A stretch of DNA of 64,000 nt from Kondoa subrosea (lineage: Eukaryota), in NCBI GenBank assembly GCA_039545335.1, contig BCIN01000003.1:1561941-1625940 (forward strand), read 5' to 3'. The translations under genes and the position numbers were made by a program. The stretch's first letter is position 1; each line of letters starts with the position of its first letter. Positions 49,623 to 60,742 of the stretch are shown here, piece by piece. Below the pieces are notes generated by a model. The model saw nothing but the letters and a program-made list of their open reading frames with translations, was not told the DNA's origin and did not search any database.

Positions 49623-52598
49623 TTAGACTGCTACTGCACTATCCTGCTTCGCCTGTTGCTTCTGCTTCTTCGTCTCTTTGGCAATTTTCGCTTTCGAAGG
49701 CTTTGGTCCAGTCTTCACGATTTCAGCATCAAAATCTCGCGAAATAGCCGAGATCGCAGGGTAGAAATGATGCATCTTCCACATATCCTTGATTCGAATA
49801 TTGAGACCATCGAAAGCTAGCGCGATGACAGGCTTCATATCCGGTTCTTGCCTTTCGAAGCTGGCCATCTTGGGATATCGTTGAGAGAAGTGATTCAGCA
49901 AGCAATGCTGCACGTTCATCCTGATCAAGTTGCCTTATCAGTATCTGAAGAATTACGTATACGGCAGTCGCGTACTCTTTGGCAGCATTTAAGGCCTGAC
50001 CTATCGTACTGTGACCTTTCGATTTTGCCAAATGCGCTAGATCATCTTCCATAGTGGCTTCGTGGATGAGCAAAGTAGCATCTTTTCCTGCTTCTACAAG
50101 AGCTTGACACGGTCCCGTATCTCCAGAAAAGCTGCCAACAAACACATGTCAAGTGATGCACACAGGTTGAGACTTCACTCACACAATCTTCCAGCCCTCC
50201 TGACCTTCTAATACAGCACCGAAGCATCTGGCTCTATGCTCCACCAGTACAGTCTTGATGCTTTTCAATCCAGAGTTGTCGAGCAATTGCTGAAATCGGA
50301 CATCTTTAAGCGGTTCTTCCGAATCTGAATCCAGCAAGCGATTCGCATCGAAGAAAGTGATATCATCTAGACCAAGATCTTCTAGTGCATTCAAGTCAAA
50401 AAGATAGGTCTTAATGAAAGGCGGTCCGATGATTGCGAGAGGTGATCGAGTGCTGCCCTACACCAGAATCAGCTAGATCTCAGCTTATGCGGACTCATAG
50501 CGTACCTTTGCTCGCTCAGACAGAAGAGAAGGTAATCCTCCGTGATGATCACCATGCATGTGAGAGATAAAGAAGAAATCGAGAGCGCAAAGGACATCTC
50601 TCGCTTCTTTCCTCCCGAATTGCCTGCACATTTGACCCCAAGTAGCTTCGCCACAATCGAGCATGAAGCTGATACCTTTGTCTGGGTCTCGTATCAAGGT
50701 AGAGCTGACTGTGAGGTGATTCTTCGCGGTAAGCTGACAGCACAGCGAATCACAAGAATAACTTACCGTTCCTATACTGTGAAGGCACAGCACTTCCAGT
50801 ACCAAGTGTAGTAACGACGATATTTCCGCCAGGTATTTCTTCCCCTGACGGAGCATCAGCTATGGCTTGTCTTGCTTGCGGTACAAGTGCCATGTAATCT
50901 TTCCAAGCTTGAGCTGTTCTATCTTGTAATTGTGGCCAATGCGGGCTTTCAGTGGGCAATTTGAGCTGAGCTTCTTGAGCTTCTGCTTCGGGTGAATTGA
51001 GTTCAAAATCTATTGATCGAAGACCTGCAGTAGGGAGAGGAGAAGAGTTGGAAAGCATTCGTAAGGATGATAACGGTTGTAACGGGAGAGAGGAGAGAGC
51101 AGTCACTGTTGGGCAAATAAGTCTCACCAATAGGAAGGTATGATTAACTTACAATCAGCGAGAGATTTTGAAGGTGATAGCGAGTATTTCGGTACAGGAA
51201 ACATCGAAGAGTCCAGTCTAGCTCTTCTTATCTGTTGCAAGGCGGTACTGACGAACGTGATACTGTCTCGACTGTATTCTGGAGAAGCGATAGCATGCTG
51301 TTGAGAACAACATTCGTTATCAGCATAAAGCTGAATACGACGAATGATCACCAACCTGTATTCCTGCAGGTAAAGAAAGCATCCAATCTTGATACTTTGG
51401 ATCCTCGAGCACGCCTGAGCCTACTTGATGCACAACGCAAACGAGTTTCGCTTCGCACGCGCCCAAGGTGGATTGTGTTCTTTTGCTGTTCTCTGTAATT
51501 GAGGCGATATAGCTTGTATCTGGACAGGATATGACCAGTAGAGCCTATGTCAGAGTATCATTAAACCCTTCATGGTTTCGCAGGCAGTACACGCACAGAT
51601 GGTGATTCTCCTTTATCCATGCATTCTTCACTTTTGACTATTCTCCCCGAAGTAGTAATCACATTTTCACCAGCAGCTAATTTCCCAAATTCCAACCCGG
51701 GCTTGACTCCTAAAGCTTTCGCTTTATCCGCGTGAAACTTCCCCCTAAATGATGGACCAACAACCAAATATCCACAACTAATTTTAGGTCCAGTATAAGG
51801 AGGAGAAGGTAATCTCCTCGAGTCCCAAGCAGGCGTCTTGACTTGACCACCTGGTTCAGCAGGAAGTGGTAAAGCAGCTCTCATTTCGTTTGATCGAAAC
51901 ATATCGCTTATGACTAATTGAATCCAGTTGGAAGCTTCGGATGAATCCATTCGATCTGTTCGGAAAGATGAAGAGTTTCTTAGATCGTTCGAAACGTATT
52001 CGTTGATGGTCAAATGATCGTATTTGGTTCGTTTTGCAGAACTTGAGGAGGAAGGAGAAGAAGATCGTTTACGCTTGAGCGAGGGAGTAGAAGGGGAAGT
52101 AGAAGACGTGACAGGAATGCCATAAATCTTTACTTGAGTATCTTCGAGCAGGAGTTGTAACGGTTGATCAGCTGTATCATACGGCTCGACGATGTGACAT
52201 TTTACTGTTGTACCGGGTCTTCGAAGTGCGAAACGACCTGAAGCTAAGTAGTAGTCCAAATTAGGCGGTCCATAGAGATCAATCGCTTTGACTTTGGTAT
52301 CTGAAATGCCATGTACATAGCCTGATCACGCATCGATCAGAAGAAGATCACAGTAAGAATCATAGGGTAACTTGCCATACACTCCGCCGGCGTGCTGCTG
52401 ATCAAGCGAAGACAGGAAGAGAGGACCAAATTTCGTAAACGTCTGTTTCTGAACTAGCAAGCTTCGCAAAAGGTTCTCTCCAGCACCAAACAGATAAGTC
52501 TTGTTGCTGAATGAGACGGACAAAGCAGGAGCCGTGTCAGATGTGTAATCTGATAAAGCTGCGATTTTCCAATGTTCCCCTTGAGCAAGCTTCGTCAT
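49623..52598 (-). CDS. TRZ1: tRNase Z, long form (Trz1/ELAC2)
   Basis: Flexible arm [62 protein letters not shown]. Confidence 0.95.
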
Positions 52599-52816
52599 CT
52601 TAGTCTTTTGGGCGAAGGGAATCACAGGCAGTGGTATACTACGCTCAGACCGGCTGATCCACTTCTTTACGAGCTGAAAGAATGTAGCCAGGTCGAACCT
52701 ATGACTCGTCGAAACAGGTTAACCCAAACCGCGAGCGCGAGCGGAAGCCATTGAAGCAGGACTACGACAACGATACCTACACGAGAGCATACCAAGCATA
52801 CGCACAATCTCTTCTT

Positions 52817-53963
52817 ATGGCACCAACACGTGAGTTGCGAGCAGCAAGACTTGAGCATAGATTCAAGCAATCTGACAATGGATCTTGACTACAGAGGCCA
52901 ACAGACGGCTACAAAAGGTGTGTTCGCTGTTGTAACAGGTGTGCGAGTAGTCTCTGACCTGGTTGGGAAGGAATACGCTGCTCTGGCGAAAGCACCCCCT
53001 CGTGCGTTTCTCGAGTCGAGCAAATCTAGGTCATGTATCTGACTGCTCTGTACAGCATACATCTTAGCTAGACCGAACGAAACGAATCGTAAGCTTCTTA
53101 CTTCTTGTTCATCTGTTTTGAGCCAACCACTAACGTGTACAGTACTGGAAACTTACTTTATCTTGCGAGGACCCGAAGACTCGCCGTATGCTGGAGGAGA
53201 GTGCGTGTTGCCGAACTATGCTCGCTATTGAGCTTTACAGTCCTCAATTCGTACAGGTACTATGGTATTCTAACATTTACTTCGAATTACCCTTTCGCGC
53301 CGTACGTCTCTCATTCATAGAGTATGCCTGAGCTGACTCCTTGTAGACCGGGTATCAAGATGATGACGCCCTCAGGAAGATTTCAGCCAGACCGGAAAAT
53401 CTGCACATCAATGAGGTATCTACTTCTTCAAATCTGCTCTTGTGAGCTATTTTTGAATGTAGCGGGTACAGTGATTTCCACCCTGGATCTTGGAACCCAG
53501 CCTGGTCAATAGAAACTATTCTTTGCGGCTTACTATCGTTCATGTTGGAAGAAGAAGTCACAACCGGAGCTATTAGAACAACGGAAGCGGAGAAACTGCG
53601 CTGTGCAAGAGAATCGCATGCATACAATATGTAAGTAATCTTTCTAATTTGTGATTGATGACTGATATGACACCGATTACAAAAAGAAAACAAGCCAAGT
53701 TTAAAACCATTTTCCCAGAATACAGTAATGCAGAAATGATTGATTTACCCAACATGGCTAAGAAAGAAAGAAATTTACCTCCTACTTCTGCTTCAACAAC
53801 GTCCACGTCAGTTCCTTTATTAGCCAAAAAGAATGCACTACAACAACCTGCGATAGGTGATTTACCACCAGGAGGACAAGTCAAGAAAGAAAGAGTGAGG
53901 ACTTGGGTATGGTTAGCTGGGATAGCGGTGTTGATAGCTCTTGTGACGAGACTAATATCTTAA
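52817..53963 (+). CDS. UBC6: Tail-anchored ER ubiquitin-conjugating enzyme Ubc6/UBE2J2
   Basis: Spliced MAPTQANRRLQKEY..., [40 protein letters not shown], C-terminal TM. Confidence 0.95.
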
Positions 53964-54061
53964 ATCTCGTTTCTCTTTCGTTAGCATACCTGATGCTTTT
54001 CATGTCCTGCATTATTGTACTATGTTTCTGAACCGTCCTTCTCTCTAGTGCTCCAACATCT

Positions 54062-55330
54062 CTATAGCGAAAGCGACTTCTCTGGCATACCCACATCGTG
54101 ACATGCTCGAAGCCACATCCGGCTGTATAGAGTATTAGACCCCAACACTTGTTGAAGGAGAGAGAAGCTTACTCTTGTAGATTTTGATCTTCAGAACCCT
54201 GAGGCATAGGCACATGTAGACAATCAGCCCAGAACGATCCTTTCCTGTATAGCTTCTCTGTCAAAGATGCTTGAGCAGACGGGAACCAGACGAACCTGCT
54301 TGCTGCTTCGTCAGACAGACATGCCCATAGCGTTGGCATAGCTCCTTGTTCAGTAGCTGTCAATACCCAGAAATATTTGAGTCGCTTGAGGAGACACAAC
54401 AGATCCAGATCACTGACTTCGACCAATATAAGCCATCACAGTTTGAATGATCCCTGTTAGCCAACTTGGAACTCCATAATGATCTTTCGTCCCAATGTCA
54501 GAATGGACCATTCCTGTCCAATTCTTCAACCTGATATCTAAATTTTAGATCACCAAGTAAAAGTACGAACCTGGATGTACGGCAGTGATGACTATTCTCC
54601 TATATCTCTCATCTTCCGAAGTTGATAATCGATTCTGTAAGGCTAGAGCTAGTACTAGACCAACGTATTTCGATTGACCATATGCCATGAAAGAGCGAAA
54701 GAATCTCGTCCATATTGACCATTCGTTTGGTAGTTTCTCCAGATTGAGATTATCGATATCCATTCCTTTCGTGTGAGCTGAATAAGAAGAGACATAGCAG
54801 ATTTTCGGTTTGTTGGAAAGAGCAAGATAAGGTAGGAGCAAGAGGGAGAGTAGGAAATGAGAGAGAGCATTGCATTGATAATTGGCTTCCAAGTGATCTG
54901 AAGTGATTTGTTTGTCCAGGAAAAGAGCTCCTCCGTTGGCTATCAGATAATCCAGTTTCCCACCATCTGATCTCGTTTTGCTTCTCCTTTCCCATTCTCT
55001 CCCAAATTCCCTCACTGATTCGAACGACAGTAAATCAAGAGACATGCATTCTATTTGGGCTTGTCCATTTTTACATGCGTCACGGATTTTTTGAGCAGCG
55101 GCCTCTGCTTTACTAGCTGTTCGACAAGCCATGATCACTCGTGCACCATGTTGAGCGAAATAGAGTGCCGTCTCGTATCCGATGCCAGTGTTGCTGCCGC
55201 TGATGATGCAAGTTTGACCAACAAGAGATTTAGGTGAAGGTAGCTTGAGCGCAGATGTTGATCCTCGGTGAGAACCAGGACCAAACATTGGCGTATGGCT
55301 GAAGTAGCCTTTTAGAGGTACGGCTGACAT
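54062..55330 (-). CDS. Short-chain dehydrogenase/reductase (retinol dehydrogenase/WWOX-like)
   Basis: SGSNTGIG, LDL.SFESV, catalytic YGQSK, AVHPG, EQGAMPT. Confidence 0.9.
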
Positions 55331-55916
55331 GTTAGGCTCAGCCAAGATGATGGTCCCTGTGGATCAACATGCGAGTGAAATCACAAGATTGGCGAGTATT
55401 TCTTCTATCCGGCAACAGCCATGCTGCCCTACTCCTCAGCGTTCAATAAGCACTTGGAAGAGCTGCGACTGAAGCCTGTCTAGCAATTTTTACGCGAAAG
55501 TGACTTATCTCTAGGCCGGAACTTCCTGAGTATTCTTATGGAGCCTAAACACTTTGTACTGCTCTTCTGGATCAGTCTGCTGTCGTTAATCTCATTCCTG
55601 CGCAAGTATAGAGCTCATCTTCTCAATTTATCTGCGCGTTTCTAATTTCGAAGAACCGCCCTGTTGTAGCAGTGCATGGCTTTGGTTCTCTCTTCTTCTC
55701 TTACTACCATCAAGTCACTCGCTCTGTTTTGTGCTTTTGAACTCTGCCGGCGCTCAAGCTCATCCCATTCATCTACTCTCACCCGTTTCGCGAACGCTTT
55801 CCCCTTTGTGCTCAGTAGAACAGAATCTGTTCTCAAGACGCCTCTTGACTTTCCCTAACGACTGTCTCTTCTTGAACTAACCTCTTTCCCAACCAACCTT
55901 ACTTCAAAGATCCCAG

Positions 55917-57674
55917 ATGAATCTCAATTCGCTACTCAATTCTCCATCTCAAGCGACTTTTACGTCTTGCGAGAATACCGCCGCCTTTCGACCGGACGCC
56001 GTGGCCTTGACTAATCGTGATGTAAGCAACAACCATCTGCCAGTCTCTCTTGATGTGGTCTGATAGCTTTCTGCCTTCATAATTCAATAGCTCAACTATC
56101 CCTTTGTCAAACTGGAAAGCCGAGCTCTGTCCTCTAGCGATATTCTCAACAGCTTAGATACCTTGAGCAGAACCCGAGTAAACGGTCCTCTGGTATGTCA
56201 AGCGTTCTCTCACTGCGCTGCTAAAGCTAAATCATCGCTTGGAATTAGCCTTCCATCGCGGAGATACTTGTAGGCCGGTCTTTAATCCGTTAATCATCCA
56301 TGGATCTGAAGTCTGGTGATCAGAGAAACAAAACTGGCTGGTCTTCCTGCTCTGCACCTTCTTCTCTTGCCTCATCAGTAGGCTCTGATAGACTTCTTGC
56401 AATCGATCAACCATACTCATAGCCTCTTTCTTGCAGACTATGGAACCAGTCCGCGTCTTAGCCAGAAGAGGCTCTTGTGAATCTATGCCTCCTCCTGCGG
56501 TCACTCGTCCTACGATGGCTCATCAACGGCCTACCGAAAGAAGCGGTGTCAGTCTTCTTCCTGTCATGCAACCAAACAAACCTGAACCTGCTGTACAGCT
56601 CGGCATGGCTTTACTAGCACAGGTCGCGTTGTCCGAATCCTCTTTACCAACATCGCAGAATCGCAATGCTAACATCTGGCCTTACTACGTTCGTGGTCTT
56701 CTTCTGATTTCTTCCAATACTTCTTATCTAACCCTTTGCCTCTCTTCATAGCAACCCTCTAAGCAGCTGACCTCTTCTTCCTCTGCCTCAGGATTAGGTC
56801 GTCAACCTCGACCACCACCGATCCGAACTGACTTCAATCCCAAACCTGCTCGGTCTGTTTCCCAACCTTCTAGAGCTCCTAGACAAGTTCATGCACCTAG
56901 AACCATTCAAGCTTCTTCAAGATCTGATGATCCTCTACACACTGAAGCTGGTGCTATAAGATGGTTAATCCAATTCGACATTGACGAGCAAACTGGGTTC
57001 TTACGTTATCTCGCTGCGAAATTCGACAAGATTTGTCAAAGACCTAGAGGAGCTAGTCTGGAAGCTGCGGATATGTCTTCGATTGAAAGATCTTTGACTA
57101 GCAGAGGTTTGGATATGCTTGTTACCAAGAAATTGATGAATCATATGAAGAACTTGTTGGATGGTTATGTGATTAATGGAGGAGGAGATTGGGCTGTTTT
57201 CGTGCGTTTTGCTTTCATCTCTTCATTTTCGAATGGTTTTGAATGATAATGCGACTGCACAGCCCGATGCCGTTCAACCTGATCTTACTCAATTACTACC
57301 AAATGGTCAAACTAACTACACCTACGTTCGGGATTACATTATCGACAACTTTCCTCATGTCGCTTGGAAATTGGCTAGCAAGTTACAAGCGATCGCCAAT
57401 CGAGGTAGACAGAAGACTAGAATCATTAGAGTTAGTCTATTCCCTCTGTCTTCTGATTGTCTTGAACCTATACTGATGGTCCTTGAGCAGGAACAAGATA
57501 TGCAGAGTTTCAAAAACACTGTTGAACCTGTAGATCAACAAGTCAAGGATCTTTTGCAGAAACTTCCAGCTATCGTGAGCTGCTCTCTACTTTGGTTCAG
57601 TAAGATTGGGACTAAGTAGAGTACAGCGATGCTTGTATGATCTCTACCGACAAGATCCAGCTGCTTGGCCTTGA
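55917..57674 (+). CDS. Orphan protein (Pro/Ser-rich middle, helical C-terminal domain)
   Basis: Chain of GT-AG introns joining open exons, from MNLNSLLNSP to RCLYDLYRQDPAAWP*. No family recognised; some internal junctions unresolved. Confidence 0.5.
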
Positions 57675-57678
57675 TCTT

Positions 57679-57712
57679 AAGAAGAAGAAGAAGAGAAGAA
57701 GAAGAAGAAAAG
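57679..57712 (+). repeat. Imperfect (AAG)n microsatellite in a 3' UTR/intergenic region
   Basis: aagaagaagaagaagagaagaagaagaagaaaag. Confidence 0.8.
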
Positions 57713-57979
57713 CGCGATACTAAAGGGGTTGTAAAGTTCGAATACCATGACATTGTAATACACTTTCCATCATTCATATAACATTAGTAACTTTCTGAAA
57801 TCCAAACTTGGTGTATTTTCGGTCTTTTGCTATTAACCCGTGATCTGCTTTGTGTTTCAGCTTTTGATGAGTAGGCAGAAAAGGCGTTGCAAGGCTACAA
57901 GACTGTTCTAGTCCTCCGCCTCTCCTGTCTCCTGTTTCTGCCTTGGGCTTTACCCCCTGGCCGAGTTGAATGTGAAGTA

Positions 57980-59587
57980 ATGAACTCATTATCGTTGATT
58001 GGTCGGATTCTCTCAAAGCAACCTGTCTCGCGCAATGGTAATGATGGAAATAAGAGCAGCAAGCGAAGGAATGCAGCGCAAGAAGGAGATGAACCCCACA
58101 ACTCAACAGATTCGGCGGTCTCTCAAGCATTTCGAGCTTTTGATATGGGCATAAGAGAGAAAGATGCTGTATCGGACGATGAAGAGACTTTGGTAGATGA
58201 ACAGGACATCAAGAGCGTAGTAGTTACTTCTACAAATGAGTTAGCAACGTTTTTGGATCACCATCAGCACGATTCCCAACATTCCTCCTCTTACTCCGGT
58301 TCTGGTTCTTCTAGCGATTCAGGAGATGATGCACCGCTGCAGATAAGTGAAAAGGCGAAAGGGAAAAGAAGAGCTCGAGATCATACTCAACCGAATGGAA
58401 TCGATTCGGTTGCACGTTCAGTACCGATCAAGGTTTCAATCGTACTCTACAACATTCTACGGAAGATCTTGGCTTATCTTGGAATACCTCTGTTACTTGG
58501 TCCACCGAGGAAGTCGCTCGTCGCGGCAGCAACAATACATTCGAGACGGACGGAGAAACCTCCGCCTTCCTACGATGAAGCAACACAGCGGAGTAATCTC
58601 CCTGTACCTACCATCGAAGAACCTAAACGACCTTCACCGCGCCGAACTTCTTCTTCTCGCTCTTTTGGCTTGAAGAATCCTTTTCGACGGAAACGACCTG
58701 ATCTCAGTCAAATCAATACCGCACCTCCTACTTTGCAACATGCCTCTGCTTCTTCTTCCAAATCTAGTATTCATCATCTCAAACGTCCTTCTCTTAGTAT
58801 AGATGGTCTACATCCAGCTCGAGTGACTTCCTCACAAAGATCACTTCAACAACACGCCCAAATATCCCTTCTGACTCGACCAAAGACGCTCGTCCTGGAT
58901 CTGGACGAAACACTCATACACTCCACTTCTCGGATAGGTGGTTTATCTTCTTCTTCAAGTTCCACCAAATGGGCCAGCACCAATAAATTAGGTGTACGAG
59001 TGGTTGAAGTGGTATTGGATGGCAGAAGTGTAGTGTATCATGTTTATAAACGACCTTGGGTGGATCTTTTCTTGAGGAAAGTCAGTACTTGGTACGATGT
59101 GGTCATCTTTACTGCTTCCATGCAAGAATATGCGGATCCCGTTATTGATTGGTTAGATGGTGGAAAAGGGTTGATCAACGGTAGACTCTTTCGAGAAGTG
59201 AGTTCCATTTTACTTGTTCTTTATGAGTACGAGTTTATTGGATGGCAGTCTTGCGTGCTTTCGCGAGGCACATATTACAAAGATCTTACAATGGTCGATT
59301 CCGATTTATCGAGAGTATGTCTAGTGGACAACAGTCCGACATGTTATGCTCTCAATCCAGGTAAGATTTATCCACCATGCTTATAGATCACTTTGACTCA
59401 TGATGAAACAGCCAACGGTATACCGATAGAAGGTTGGGTTGGCGATGCTTCAGATGAATGTCTACTCGACCTTCTTCCGCTTTTGGACAGCTTAAGGTTC
59501 ACAACAGACGTGCGACGTGTTCTTGGGCTTCGAGGGTTCAGTACTTCTTCTCCGATACCTAATATTAGACGGAAAGACGAAGGATGA
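57980..59587 (+). CDS. NEM1: Nuclear envelope phosphatase Nem1/CTDNEP1 (FCP1/NIF family)
   Basis: MNSLS start, hydrophobic segment, [51 protein letters not shown]. Confidence 0.9.
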
Positions 59588-59797
59588 ATTGATGCTTGCA
59601 TTGAGCAATGACGGGACATTCAGTCTCGAATAGTCTATTGCATTGCCTTGTAACATTGCCTCCCTTCCCGGCCGAGTTTTTGGCTATGATGCATTTCCGC
59701 CTGTCTTGTCCCAGACCAGGAAGAATCCTTCAACTGCTAGTTCTCGGATCCAATTATCTAATACAACTACCAAAGGGACAACATTACCCAGACCAAT

Positions 59798-60470
59798 ATG
59801 ACAAAACAAGCTCCCAGCACTTCAGTGAGCAATCTTTGCGATTTGTCATCCATAGAGCCAGTCTGACTTCTGCGGGTAGAGCGATATGCTGCTCTATTTC
59901 ATCGCGATTTTTATTTCTCCTCTACCTGTTCTGGTCCGTCTCTTGCGCATTTTCACACTTTCCTGGTTTCTCAATGATCATTTTTAGATGCGTCGAGGTT
60001 GCGGAGCTGACTTCTTGTCCGTCTTTTGTCACGGCTCTCACACTCTTGGTCAAACTGACAAGCTCTCCAGGATCAATATCGCTCTATTCGTGCTCGGCTG
60101 GATTCCAGGTCAGTATTTCATCAAACCGCTTTCTTACTGCTTCTGATTATGTGTCTCATCAGGCGTGATTCATGCCGTTCGCTCTCATTCTCAAGCTCCC
60201 TCGCTATTGAACGCTGACCTTGACTTTGCTATCTCGCAGTGGTGGATGTACGTGATTCTCTTCTCGATCAATTCATTCGCTTTACTCATACTCTTTATGA
60301 CTAGTATCGGAAAGACTCCCGCTTCTCACGTTGTGCACGAATCCCATGCCTCAAGACCAGTAGGCTATGGAGCAACAACACAAGCTCAACCTCAATATGC
60401 ATCTGGCGCTTCTTATCAGCAACCTCCGACACAGCAAGCGTATGCTGTACCAGTAGGTGCCAAGTATTGA
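59798..60470 (+). CDS. Pmp3/Sna (UPF0057) plasma-membrane proteolipid with C-terminal tail
   Basis: Spliced SDMLLYFIAIFISPLPVL-MRRGCGADFL-INIALFVLGWIPG-VIHA-WWI; includes an 8-nt exon TGGTGGAT. Confidence 0.88.
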
Positions 60471-60742
60471 TGAGAAATGAGGTTGAAAATGGACACTAAT
60501 ACATGACGTTGTATACTTACTTAATGGTACAAGCATCCAAAGTATGAGGATATGATGTAGACCAGTATGACTGTTATTATTCTGTTTGTCTGGATCATGA
60601 TGTACTGCCGCTTGAACTATCGCCTGAGTGATATTCGGTCATTCAAGCCAAACGCACGTTACTCTCAAACCGTCAATTCACTTGCCATAGACTCTCGGGC
60701 TGCTATTTTACGTAAATTACGAAGCACAGATAGTCTCCAATC

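Noticed and set aside
21665..59587. Asi-like ligase, UBC6, F-box and NEM1 as a nuclear-envelope/ubiquitin cluster
   Set aside because: Spread over ~38 kb among unrelated genes.
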